Shown: positions 26,652-36,597 of the stretch, piece after piece
Layout of the letters: the number at the start of each line of letters is the position of its first letter
How positions within the stretch are numbered: position 1 is the stretch's first letter
Virus record (IMG/VR): IMGVR_UViG_3300032235_000437
Span: 1-64,000 of that record
Origin: a virus
Length of the DNA stretch: 64,000 nucleotides
Strand: one strand, 5' to 3'
Notes under the pieces: model-generated
The model's database searches: none
Told to the model about the DNA's origin: nothing
Seen by the model: the letters and a program-made list of their open reading frames with translations, nothing else
Position numbers and translations under genes: made by a program

Positions 26652-27425
26652 ATGGCTAAGGCACCAACAACCGAGATTCCAGAGGCAAAGATCAGAAACG
26701 CTATCTGGTATTTAAAAGCAGGAAAAACTAAGAAGTTTGTTTGTGAGTTCTTAGGTATTGCTTATAATACCAAAAAACTAGATTCGCTAATTGAAGAGTT
26801 TCATAAGCGTTTAGAACGAGAAGCTGAACTTAAAAAAGCTGCTAAAGTAAAAGTATTCACACAAAAAGAAAAAGAAGGTATTGCTAAACAGTACCTAGCC
26901 GGTGAAGCACAATCTGTATTAGCTAAGCAGTATTTCATTTCTCCGCAAAGAATTAAGAATATTCTTATGGAAATGAATACTCCTATTAGAGGTAGGGGTA
27001 AAAACTCAGAAGCTAAAGTAGATCACATTGTTCAAGACCTAGAAATAAAATTTAAAGCTGGAGATAAAGTATTTCTAGCTAAGTATAACTGCTTTGCTAT
27101 TGTTCATCAAGTATATGATGAGGAGTATCTTGAATACTTAGAAAATGGCAGACAGCGTTATGTTGAGTTATACCCTTTTAAGCCCGATAAACGTGGCATG
27201 GCCGGTAGATATAGTGAGCCGCAAGAAGGTGTTCACTATGAAATTTATTGGGTACTAGAAGATGGTACTGAGTTTAAACTATCCGCTATGAAATCAGTGC
27301 GGAATCGAATTATACAACAAATCGAAGAAACTGGTAGAGAGTACTATACGGTATGGAGAGACGATGGCGATAATTGTTTTCTTTATGCAATGAGAGACGA
27401 ACTTTACCCAGTTAAGGCAGGATAA
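26652..27425 (+). CDS. Conserved hypothetical protein with HTH motifs
   Basis: TKKFVCEFLGIAYNTKKL; GEAQSVLAKQYFISPQRIKNIL. Confidence 0.7.
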   Translation: MAKAPTTEIPEAKIRNAIWYLKAGKTKKFVCEFLGIAYNTKKLDSLIEEFHKRLEREAELKKAAKVKVFTQKEKEGIAKQYLAGEAQSVLAKQYFISPQRIKNILMEMNTPIRGRGKNSEAKVDHIVQDLEIKFKAGDKVFLAKYNCFAIVHQVYDEEYLEYLENGRQRYVELYPFKPDKRGMAGRYSEPQEGVHYEIYWVLEDGTEFKLSAMKSVRNRIIQQIEETGREYYTVWRDDGDNCFLYAMRDELYPVKAG

Positions 27426-28816
27426 TGGCAGTAGACTTACAAAAACTAGCTCTGCGTAGATTAATAGATACGCAGAGTAATGATCTATATTCACGACTAT
27501 TAAACCAATATTTTACAGGAATTAACGCTACTTTATACGACAAGATAAAACTGTTCTATAAAGCTAATGTTAGACTTCCTTCTACAGACGAAATTTTAGC
27601 GATCCGAAAAGATGCAGCGCTACAAGACTACCTAGAGAATCAAATTTACGCTGAAGATAACTCTTGTGAAGGTCTTCAAGACGAGTTCTTGATCGCTCAG
27701 TTACAAGATTACTATATCCGTGAAGAGACTATCTCATTCATGGATAAAATGATTGATAACCTAGACAGCTTAGAAAAAGTAGAAATTGTAGATAAACTAC
27801 AAAACCACTTGCTTCATCTTAATAAAGCCATCCCACATGATGATGAACTATACGACGTAGCAGAGCTTGACTTCTTCCCTAACGAAGAAGATTTTAAAAT
27901 CTATCCATCAGGTCTATCACATGAATTTGATAGTATCAACGGCGGCTTCGCTACTCAAGAGCTAGTTCTTCTTGGTGGTCGTCGTGGTTCTGGTAAGTCT
28001 ATTATCTCACTAAACCTAGCATTAAACCGTTTTCTTCAAGGAAATACGGTATCATTTTTTACTATTGAAATGCGGTATAAAGAAGTTTATGACCGCGTAC
28101 AATCGATCATTTCTGGAGTACCTTTCCTAGATATTTTCAGAAATCAACTAACTGATATCCAAAAACTTCAGATGGCTAGAGCTAAGTTTGATGTATTCTA
28201 TGAGAAATCAGATACGGTAACAAATCTATTAGGCGATCTTGAGAGAGAACGTGACTTTAAAAAGTTTGAGCAGCGTGTAAAAGCTGAAAAGCCTAAGCTG
28301 AAAGAGCACAGACTGTTTATGATCGACGATGAAGGCTTAACTCTGAATCGTATTGATCACTATAACAACATGTTTGCTAGTAAGTATCCTAACTATAATA
28401 TGAGTGTAGTAGACTACATCAATATTATTAAGCATGAAGATCAGAAAGACTGGAAGACACAGATTACTATTGCAGATAGTCTAAAATCCCAATCTAGAAA
28501 ATATGATCTAACTATGATTTCACCTTATCAGATCGACGCTAGCGGTGAAGCTCGTTTTGCTAAAGGTATCCTAGATAGTGCTGACAGAAGCTTTAACTTC
28601 TTTCCTCCGCCAGAGAATGAAGACAGAAGCTTGAATAATAAAGTCACAATTCATACTACTAAGATGCGTAACGGTAAACATATGAGTTTTGACGTACTAA
28701 TGGATTGGGCTTGTGTAAAAATCAATCCAAACGTATCGGAAGTGATTAATGAAAAACCACACGGTGTTGCAAAGTTTGGATCAGACAACGAAGCTCAAGG
28801 ACCTAGAGATATATAA
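27425..28816 (+). CDS. Replicative DnaB-like helicase (T5 D6-like)
   Basis: GGRRGSGKS, FTIEM, VVDY and KMRNG motifs. Confidence 0.92.
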   Translation: MAVDLQKLALRRLIDTQSNDLYSRLLNQYFTGINATLYDKIKLFYKANVRLPSTDEILAIRKDAALQDYLENQIYAEDNSCEGLQDEFLIAQLQDYYIREETISFMDKMIDNLDSLEKVEIVDKLQNHLLHLNKAIPHDDELYDVAELDFFPNEEDFKIYPSGLSHEFDSINGGFATQELVLLGGRRGSGKSIISLNLALNRFLQGNTVSFFTIEMRYKEVYDRVQSIISGVPFLDIFRNQLTDIQKLQMARAKFDVFYEKSDTVTNLLGDLERERDFKKFEQRVKAEKPKLKEHRLFMIDDEGLTLNRIDHYNNMFASKYPNYNMSVVDYINIIKHEDQKDWKTQITIADSLKSQSRKYDLTMISPYQIDASGEARFAKGILDSADRSFNFFPPPENEDRSLNNKVTIHTTKMRNGKHMSFDVLMDWACVKINPNVSEVINEKPHGVAKFGSDNEAQGPRDI

Positions 28817-29673
28817 TGGACTTAGTAGAACTATTAGATAAACGAGGTATACCGTATAAAAAAACTAATAATCCTTATGAGATTTTAGTTACTTGTACGA
28901 GTGGGCAGCACCAAGATAACAACGCTAGCTTGTCTTACAATCTAGAAAAGCATATATTTAACTGCTGGAGTTGTGGATTTAGAGGTGGTGCCACTAAATT
29001 CTTACAATCTATAGGCGAAATGGCTGTTATTGATTTTGACAGCAAGCAGCCTTATAAGATTAAGAAACTAAAAGAAAAACTCAGAGCAAAGATTGAGATT
29101 GACGATATTAAGCTGCCAGATGATAGAAAGCTATATCTAGAAGAGTTTAGAGGTATTGACGCTAATATCTATAGAGAGTTTAAAGCTTTCACTACTAATC
29201 AGATGGACTTAACAGATTATCTATGTATTCCAGTATTTCAACACGGTAAACTAAAGTTTATCGAAGGCAGGCTTTTACGTGATCTAGAAAACCAACCAAA
29301 GTACTACAGACGCCCAGCAAAAGCTGTGGTGTCTGATGTGCTATTTCCTCTAGATAAGATTAAGAATACTAACTATGTAATTCTAGTAGAAGGTATTTTT
29401 GATGCTATTAACATGTGGAAAATCGGCTATAATAACACGTTATGTGTGTTTGGCACCACCAATTTTAGTAAAAAGAAGCTAGACCTATTAGATAATATGG
29501 GTATCACTAGAGTAGATATTATGATGGATTCTGATGCTCCTGGTGTGAAGGCAGCAGAGAAAATAGCTGAAATGTTGGATTCTCGTAATATTTATGCTAG
29601 AATTATAACATTACCAAAAGGCGTTGACCCTGGCGAGTTAACTAAAGAACAAGCAGAGAGGCTATTAAAGTGA
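28816..29673 (+). CDS. DNA primase (Zn finger + TOPRIM)
   Basis: C..H.D...FNCWSCG, VEGIFD, MDSDAPG and DPG motifs. Confidence 0.92.
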   Translation: MDLVELLDKRGIPYKKTNNPYEILVTCTSGQHQDNNASLSYNLEKHIFNCWSCGFRGGATKFLQSIGEMAVIDFDSKQPYKIKKLKEKLRAKIEIDDIKLPDDRKLYLEEFRGIDANIYREFKAFTTNQMDLTDYLCIPVFQHGKLKFIEGRLLRDLENQPKYYRRPAKAVVSDVLFPLDKIKNTNYVILVEGIFDAINMWKIGYNNTLCVFGTTNFSKKKLDLLDNMGITRVDIMMDSDAPGVKAAEKIAEMLDSRNIYARIITLPKGVDPGELTKEQAERLLK

Positions 29674-31949
29674 CAGAAGTATGTTTTGTGTTCGCAAGTA
29701 CTGCGGAAAAAGAAGCAAAAAAGACTATTGATAAGTATCTTAAAAATGTTGATTATGATGTAAAATACTTATCTTCCCAACCTAAAGATAAAATTCTTAA
29801 AAAAGATGTAGACCTAGATTTAGCTGAGCTATCTGGGTATAAAATCACATGCCCGATCGGTGCAGACGCACTAAAGTATGTTGCAGGCATGACAGGTATT
29901 CAAAAGTATAACGGTGTTTTTGTAGAGAAGAAATATCTTCCTATTATGCATCCTAATATTATTTTGATCAAACCTCAGATCGAAGATGACATTAAAAAAG
30001 CTTTTAATCAAATCCCAAAGCTACTATCTGGTGAAAATCTAGGAGTAGAGATTGAAAAAGACTATTGCTTTGTAGAAACAGAGCAACAGTTTCAGAACTA
30101 TAAGCATCAATTCGAAGAAGCTCCAGTTATTGTAGCCGATATTGAGACTACTAGCGTATCGCCTTTTACTGGTATTATTCTAGGTGTTGCGCTATCTACC
30201 AGACCACATCAGGGTATTTATGTTTCTGCTGAGATTGTTCAGAAGCATAAAAATTGGTTCCATAATCTATTTAAAAGTAAAAAAGTGATCTTCCATAACG
30301 CAAAGTTCGATATGGGGTTCATGGCGCATGAGTATGGCTTTGAGTTCCCAGACTTTGAAGATACTATGTTGCTTCATTATTGCCTAGAAGAATCTGTTGG
30401 TACTCACGGTCTAAAACCTCTAGCTATGCGCTTTACTGATCTTGGTGACTATGAACGTGATCTTGATGAGTATAAGAAGACATGGGCTAGAAAAAACAAA
30501 GTTAAGCTTGAAGACTTTAACTACGGGATGTTGCCGAGCGACATTCTGGCTCCTTACGCATGTAAAGATGCCGACGCCACATTCCAGCTATTCAGCAAGT
30601 TTATGCCGCTTGTTGACAAAAGCCCTGAGTTTACTAAGCTGTACCGTAATATTCTTATTCCAGCTACTTATGCGCTGCGTAAGTTGGAGAAGAATGGCGG
30701 TCCTGTGAATAGAGCGCAGGTCGAATGGCTAGCTGAGCAGTACGAAATCGATGTGGAAGAGTGTCTTGCTGAGATTGCTAACTCAGAAGCTGTAGCTCGT
30801 TTTGAACGTATTCACGGTAAAATCTTTAACCCTAACTCAACTGCGCAGTTGAGAGAGCTATTCTTTAATATTCTAAATATTAAACCTACTAAGAAGACAG
30901 AGACTGGTGCTTGGTCTGTTGACAAAGAAGTTCTCAAAGAAATTAACCATCCGCTAGCAGAAGCTATTCTAGACCTTCGTGAGAAGTCTAAGATGGCTGG
31001 TACTTATATCTCTAATATTCGTAGAGGTATTGACTATGATGATAGGCTTCGTAGTGGTTTCAATATTCATGGTACTACTTCTGGGCGCTTGTCGTCTAGT
31101 GGTACTCTTAACTATCAGAATATTCCTAGAGATAATAAAGATATTAAAAAGCTATTCCGCGCTCGTCCTGGCTATAAGATTGTCCAGTGCGACCTTGGTA
31201 CCGCAGAAGTTTATTATGCTGCTGTACTTAGCGCAGACAAGTTCTTACAACAAGCGTTTATTGATAAGCTTGACTTCCACTCCTATGTAGCTAAACAGAT
31301 GTTTAACCTGCCCTGCGAAGTGCATGAAGTTAAGAAGCTGTACCCTAACGAGCGTCAGTACGCTAAAGCTATTACTTTCGGTATCATGTATCAAGCTGGT
31401 CCCGCTAAAATTGCTGAAACTGTTAATAAAGATGCTAAAGCTGGTGAAGAGATTAGTGTTACACAAGCTAAGCAATTCATTAATAAGTACTTTAACGAAG
31501 CTAAAGCACTAAAACGCTTTATTGACGCTTCTAACACACAGATTGAAAACTATGCGTATATCTACGCGTTTTTCGGTCGTAAGCGCAGACTACCAGAAGC
31601 CAAAGCTCCAAGCCCTGGCGTTGCTAAACATGCCATTCGGTCTGGTGTTAACTTCCTTGTTCAGTCAGTAGCTTCTGATATTAACGTTCTAGGTCTTATC
31701 GACTTAATTACGTGGGTAGAATCTAGCGGTTATGACGACGTTATTAAGCCGTTCACAGTTGTTCATGACTCTATCGTATCAGAAGTTCGTGAAGATCTTG
31801 TCCCTCTATATATTGAAAATGCGCGTAGATGCATTCAAACAGATAGAGGTCTATCTATCCCTAACTGCCCTATCAAAGTAGACTTCGAGGTTGGAGATAG
31901 CTGGGGTGAGCTAGAAGATGAAAAAAAGTATCTCGAAAAAATTTCTTAA
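29670..31949 (+). CDS. Family A DNA polymerase with 3'-5' exonuclease and N-terminal UDG-like remnant
   Basis: DIETT, HNAKFD, YACKD, TTSGRLSS, RQYAKAITFGIMY and VHDS motifs. Confidence 0.96.
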   Translation: MTEVCFVFASTAEKEAKKTIDKYLKNVDYDVKYLSSQPKDKILKKDVDLDLAELSGYKITCPIGADALKYVAGMTGIQKYNGVFVEKKYLPIMHPNIILIKPQIEDDIKKAFNQIPKLLSGENLGVEIEKDYCFVETEQQFQNYKHQFEEAPVIVADIETTSVSPFTGIILGVALSTRPHQGIYVSAEIVQKHKNWFHNLFKSKKVIFHNAKFDMGFMAHEYGFEFPDFEDTMLLHYCLEESVGTHGLKPLAMRFTDLGDYERDLDEYKKTWARKNKVKLEDFNYGMLPSDILAPYACKDADATFQLFSKFMPLVDKSPEFTKLYRNILIPATYALRKLEKNGGPVNRAQVEWLAEQYEIDVEECLAEIANSEAVARFERIHGKIFNPNSTAQLRELFFNILNIKPTKKTETGAWSVDKEVLKEINHPLAEAILDLREKSKMAGTYISNIRRGIDYDDRLRSGFNIHGTTSGRLSSSGTLNYQNIPRDNKDIKKLFRARPGYKIVQCDLGTAEVYYAAVLSADKFLQQAFIDKLDFHSYVAKQMFNLPCEVHEVKKLYPNERQYAKAITFGIMYQAGPAKIAETVNKDAKAGEEISVTQAKQFINKYFNEAKALKRFIDASNTQIENYAYIYAFFGRKRRLPEAKAPSPGVAKHAIRSGVNFLVQSVASDINVLGLIDLITWVESSGYDDVIKPFTVVHDSIVSEVREDLVPLYIENARRCIQTDRGLSIPNCPIKVDFEVGDSWGELEDEKKYLEKIS

Positions 31950-32427
31950 TATAGCTTACCCTATATTTACCACTACTACTAAGCCTTATGCTATAGAATA
32001 CTCTATAGATAAGATTTATTTCTTAAAGTCTCCAGATAGTAATAAAGAGCTAATTGATGATAAAAACTATCCTGGAGACTATTTTGCTAGGCTATTACAG
32101 ATAAATAACAGGTTCAAATTCGACCATACTTGTAAAAACCTACAAGACTTAATAATGAGTAAAGCTAAATGGGGTATGGACAGTCGAGCCATACCCCATG
32201 ATTTTTCTAAGTTAGTAGCTGTACCAGCAGAGAAACGTAAAGTAGTAAAAATTGACAATAGTTTAATTTGGGTAAGAAATATTTCTTACCCATTTGAAAT
32301 TTCGACTACAGAAAGTTTTAGTAACTCAGACGAAATTTATGCTACAATTATTCATGTTAACGGAGAATGGTTTATTAAAGATTTTTCACATGATAATGTT
32401 TTGAGTAGACCATACATTTATGTATGA
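31918..32427 (+). CDS. Conserved T5-like hypothetical protein between pol and D10
   Basis: Position; IDDKNYPGDYFARLLQI. Confidence 0.65.
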   Translation: MKKSISKKFLNIAYPIFTTTTKPYAIEYSIDKIYFLKSPDSNKELIDDKNYPGDYFARLLQINNRFKFDHTCKNLQDLIMSKAKWGMDSRAIPHDFSKLVAVPAEKRKVVKIDNSLIWVRNISYPFEISTTESFSNSDEIYATIIHVNGEWFIKDFSHDNVLSRPYIYV

Positions 32428-33710
32428 ATAAAGTAAAAGTAAATAATATAACAATAGCAGACAAGATATACATTGATAAAGAAGGTTTAGATGGATCATC
32501 TGACCTACTAGCTATGTATACTTATAATAACGGTGACGAATTTCTTTCGACTATAGAAGAGACTGAAGAGCATTTTATAGTGCCTTCTAACTCTTACCAT
32601 AAATTAGAGTGGAACTCCTTAGTTGATAATAGAAATTTCTCTCACTTAGATTATAAACTAGAGTTTAAAGGTTTACTACGTAGTGAGCAGCAAGAAGCTG
32701 TAAATAAGTTTTTTATAGGCGAAAGAGCTAGAAGCGGATTACTACAGGCGAAGCCAGGCTGGGGTAAGACATTCGCAGCCTGTAATTTAATTGCTAGAAA
32801 CAATAGTAAAACGCTTATACTAGTACACACAGTATTACTATTTGAACAATGGCTAGACGAGATTGCTCAGCAGCTACCTAATATAACCGTAGGAAAAATA
32901 GGTGATGGTTTCTTTTCGATTAGTGATGTTACTGTAGCTATTTATAAAACCGCTTATAATAACATTAATCAATTAAGAGAAGAGTTTAGTACGCTAATTG
33001 TAGACGAAGCTCATAAGTGTCCTGCAGATATGTTCTCAACTGTAGTTAATAATATTAATGCCAAGGTTAAGATAGCAATTACTGCAACTCCTAGAAGAAA
33101 AGATGGTAAACACGTTTATCTAGAAGATTTCTTTTCAACCTTCAAAGTTGTAGCGGAAGACTTAAGAGACTTAGCAATACCGTCAGTAACAGTAGTACCT
33201 ACTGACTTTAAATTTGCTATTACAGACCCTAAACGTGATTGGTCGCGTGCAGTAAATAAACTATGTGCTGATACAGATTACCAAGATTTAATAGCAAATA
33301 AAGCTATTAGCTATATAAAACAAGGTAGATGTCCCCTAATAATAGGAGATAGAGTACAGATGTTAAAAGACCTGCAAAAGAAGATACCTGATAGTATTTG
33401 CGTAATTGGTGAATCAGATAAGGCTATACGAGAAGATGCCTTAGAAAATCTAGGTAAAACTTATAAGGCAATCCTAACAACTAAGCTGTTCGATGAAGGT
33501 ATTAGTTGTCATAGGCTAGATACCCTATTTTTTACTTGCCCGAGTAACAATCCAGTACAATGGGAACAAAGAATAGGTAGAATAGAAAGATTACATCCAG
33601 AAAAGCAGTTTCCTCTAGTAGTTGATTTTTGGCTATCTGGAAAAGTTGTAGCTAGACAACAAAAAGCTAGACTATTATGGTATACAAGTCGTGGCTACCA
33701 CATTCTTTAA
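32424..33710 (+). CDS. SF2 helicase (T5 D10/UvsW-like)
   Basis: PGWGKT, DEAH, TATP and QRIGRIER motifs. Confidence 0.92.
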   Translation: MNKVKVNNITIADKIYIDKEGLDGSSDLLAMYTYNNGDEFLSTIEETEEHFIVPSNSYHKLEWNSLVDNRNFSHLDYKLEFKGLLRSEQQEAVNKFFIGERARSGLLQAKPGWGKTFAACNLIARNNSKTLILVHTVLLFEQWLDEIAQQLPNITVGKIGDGFFSISDVTVAIYKTAYNNINQLREEFSTLIVDEAHKCPADMFSTVVNNINAKVKIAITATPRRKDGKHVYLEDFFSTFKVVAEDLRDLAIPSVTVVPTDFKFAITDPKRDWSRAVNKLCADTDYQDLIANKAISYIKQGRCPLIIGDRVQMLKDLQKKIPDSICVIGESDKAIREDALENLGKTYKAILTTKLFDEGISCHRLDTLFFTCPSNNPVQWEQRIGRIERLHPEKQFPLVVDFWLSGKVVARQQKARLLWYTSRGYHIL

Positions 33711-34122
33711 TTGGTCTGAAATATGGCTATTAAGCAAAAGAGATCTATCCTCAATAATTTGTTTGACCTATGCTCAATCAAAAGAATATAATGAGATATC
33801 AGCTAGAACAATGATGGCTAGATTAAAACTAGACCATATACCGCCAGAGTTATTTCATCATAAGATATTCACACAATATAGACATACATTAGTATGTAAT
33901 TATAAAACTAAAGATCCTCAGAATTACTTTAATAATTCGTCATTTCTTTATACGCATACAACAGCTAAGCATAAAGCAGTTTATATCAAAGCTTTAGGCT
34001 TACGAAAGTTTACTTCTGATAAGAACTATATTCCGTTAAGATATTTTCCTAATGTGACCTATAATCCTTTTTTAGAGATAAACGATGATAAGATATACTT
34101 TCCACTAGAGTCCTCGATCTGA
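33691..34122 (+). CDS. Hypothetical protein
   Basis: ORF in the operon. Confidence 0.6.
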   Translation: MATTFFNWSEIWLLSKRDLSSIICLTYAQSKEYNEISARTMMARLKLDHIPPELFHHKIFTQYRHTLVCNYKTKDPQNYFNNSSFLYTHTTAKHKAVYIKALGLRKFTSDKNYIPLRYFPNVTYNPFLEINDDKIYFPLESSI

Positions 34123-34167
34123 GGAAATACACCACTAAGAACAAAGTTCATTTAAGGAGAAAACAAC

Positions 34168-34824
34168 ATGGTAGCTTGGGAAAAAGCCAAAGGCAAACAA
34201 ACCACAGGAAATCAAAACAAAAGAGATATTGAGCGTGTTACGCTAGGACAAGGTGATACAAAGCTACGTTTAGTAGGCGATGTGATGCCAAGATACTGCT
34301 ACTGGGTAGTAACAAAAGACGGTAAGAAAATGCCTGTAGAGTGCCTACAGTTTGATAGAGAAACTGAAAGCTTTAACTCTAACACAAAAGACCCATTTAA
34401 AGAACTTGACGCAGACGTATATGCTGAGAAACCACAGTTTGCTTATGTATGTAACGTAATTGATCGTAAAGACAATAAAGTCAAGCTTCTTGATCTACGC
34501 TCTACTATTTACGCACAAGTCGTAGACTACGCAACAAACCCTGAGTATGGATCGCCTGCTGACGCCGAAAACGGCTATGATCTAACTATTAAAAAAGAAA
34601 AAACTGGCCCACTACCACAAAACGTGAAGTACACAGTTATTCCTGCTCGTAGCAGCAAAGCACTATCAGACGAAGAGCGTTCACTTGAGCTTTACGATCT
34701 TTCTAAGATTTTTAAGCGTCAAACTTATGACGAACAAAAGCAGTGGCTTCTAGACAACACTACTCTATTTGCTGGAGACGCTAGCAATGAGTTTAAACCT
34801 GAAGGGGTTGATGACCTAGCATGA
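34168..34824 (+). CDS. Single-stranded DNA-binding protein (T5 D11-like)
   Basis: PRYCYW, CNVIDRKD, G.P.D..NGYD..IKKEKTGP; acidic tail; RBS AAGGAG. Confidence 0.85.
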   Translation: MVAWEKAKGKQTTGNQNKRDIERVTLGQGDTKLRLVGDVMPRYCYWVVTKDGKKMPVECLQFDRETESFNSNTKDPFKELDADVYAEKPQFAYVCNVIDRKDNKVKLLDLRSTIYAQVVDYATNPEYGSPADAENGYDLTIKKEKTGPLPQNVKYTVIPARSSKALSDEERSLELYDLSKIFKRQTYDEQKQWLLDNTTLFAGDASNEFKPEGVDDLA

Positions 34825-35642
34825 AAAAGTCTTTATCTGACCTAGCCGGTAAACCTGTAGACACTCCGTCTACGGAAGAGGCTCCTAAGACAAAGAGTTT
34901 TGGTGCTTTTAAACAGATTAACGGTACTCAAGCTGTAATTGACTTAGATGTACTTAGAAAATACAATATCTTTTTTGCCACACCTTGCTACGGCGGAATG
35001 CTAACTGATCAATTCTTTCTCAGTATGTTCAGAGTATCCCAAGTACTTATGCAACACGGTATTAACTTTAGGATTACGACTCTACGTAACGAAAGTCTAA
35101 TCTCAAGAGCCAGAAACATTCTTACTGCTATGTTTTTGGATAGTGACTGCACTCACTTAATGTTTATTGACTCTGATATTGAATTTCAACCAGAAGATAT
35201 TCTAAGAGCACTAGCTTACGATAAACCAGTTATTGCTGGTGCTTATCCTAAAAAAGCACTGCCTATTCAGTATGCAATCAACTTTAAGTTTTCTAATCCT
35301 GAAACGCGCCAGATCAGAGTAGAGAACGGCGCTGTAGAAGTACTTGATGCGTCTACAGGTTTCTTTATGATTCAAAGGCAAACTATTGAGAAGATGATTG
35401 CTGCTCACCCAGAGCTACATTATCGTAATGATTCAAATATTGATCCAAAACTCAATAAGTACTGCTATGCTCTTTTTGATACTATGATCGACCCAGATGA
35501 CAATCGTTATCTATCAGAAGACTATACTTTCTGTAGACGTTGGCAAAAGATGGGCGGAGAAATTTGGCTAGATCCTAATACCAAGCTAAATCACGTCGGT
35601 AGTTACACCTTTGAGGGTGACGTCTCTAAGATTATAGGTTAA
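34821..35642 (+). CDS. GT-A fold glycosyltransferase (phage GT2-like)
   Basis: ATPCYGG, ESLISRARN, MFIDSD and LSEDYTFCRRW motifs. Confidence 0.85.
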   Translation: MKKSLSDLAGKPVDTPSTEEAPKTKSFGAFKQINGTQAVIDLDVLRKYNIFFATPCYGGMLTDQFFLSMFRVSQVLMQHGINFRITTLRNESLISRARNILTAMFLDSDCTHLMFIDSDIEFQPEDILRALAYDKPVIAGAYPKKALPIQYAINFKFSNPETRQIRVENGAVEVLDASTGFFMIQRQTIEKMIAAHPELHYRNDSNIDPKLNKYCYALFDTMIDPDDNRYLSEDYTFCRRWQKMGGEIWLDPNTKLNHVGSYTFEGDVSKIIG

Positions 35643-35646
35643 GACG

Positions 35647-36345
35647 TTGTATAGATTCGCAGAAGAACTAGACCATAAGAATTTTAAAGACAAAAATCGA
35701 GTAGACTCTATTGATACCTACTGGGATGATGATTATGACCTAGCTGACCCAGGTGGCTGGGAACATAGACATAATCACGAGGCTAATATTATAGCTGAGG
35801 TTATAGCGCAGTTAGGTATTAAAAAAGTACTAGAACTAGGCTCAGGCCCAGGAAACTTAGCTACTAAAATTATTGATAAGACTGGGGTAGATTATACACT
35901 AGTTGATGGTGACAGCGCATTGCGTGCTCATGCCAAGAGAAACAATAAAGGTAAGTTGTTAGTAATCGATCTATTTGATTCTTTTGACACAACCAATCTT
36001 GATAGTGATTATGATCTTGTAGTAGCTAATGATTTCCTAGAACATATCAGAAATCCTAGCTTGATACTAGAAAAAGTAAGAAATGATCTGACTACAGATA
36101 CTTCTTGGTTCTTTCTATCGTCACCTAACTGGAGAATGAAACATCAGTTTTACTATCCTGGACTATTTGATTATGACAATCTTGTAAAATTCATGATACA
36201 AGAAGGCTATAAGCTACATTTTGTATTTGATTCCTGGGCAAACCACGTACCAGTACGAGTTCCAAGATTAAATAGTGAATCTTCTTTACCAGAAGGCCAT
36301 CTATTTGACTGGAACCACTATCTGCTCTTTAAAAAAGAAGTCTAA
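35647..36345 (+). CDS. Class I SAM-dependent methyltransferase
   Basis: VLELGSGPG, YDLVVANDFLEHI and SSPN motifs. Confidence 0.85.
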   Translation: MYRFAEELDHKNFKDKNRVDSIDTYWDDDYDLADPGGWEHRHNHEANIIAEVIAQLGIKKVLELGSGPGNLATKIIDKTGVDYTLVDGDSALRAHAKRNNKGKLLVIDLFDSFDTTNLDSDYDLVVANDFLEHIRNPSLILEKVRNDLTTDTSWFFLSSPNWRMKHQFYYPGLFDYDNLVKFMIQEGYKLHFVFDSWANHVPVRVPRLNSESSLPEGHLFDWNHYLLFKKEV

Positions 36346-36347
36346 GT

Positions 36348-36378
36348 AAAAAATAAGGCGGGGAGCAATCCCCGCCTT
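36348..36378 (-). terminator. Strong terminator, with the longer T tract on the minus strand
   Basis: AAGGCGGGGA-GCAA-TCCCCGCCTT; minus-strand tail TTATTTTTT. Confidence 0.85.
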
Positions 36379-36557
36379 TGAAACTCCGTTTCGGTGGTAC
36401 AAAATAATAGGCACAAGTATCCCACCAAACGATGTGTAACTCCGTTACACTATAAACGTGCTAATAACGCTACGCAAGCTATACGCATCCTGCGTAGCGT
36501 TGTTCAATAGCTGTGAAATATTGTGCGAGCTGTATTCGATCACGTATTACAACTTGT
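36348..36557 (-). ncRNA. Candidate structured antisense small RNA or origin element with GGA-triloop hairpins
   Basis: Noncoding; bounded by a leftward promoter-like sequence (36564-36593) and a terminator; three perfect hairpins with GGA loops on the minus strand. Confidence 0.45.
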
Positions 36558-36597
36558 GAATATATAATAGCATACTTTTAGAAAAGAGTCCAAGTCT

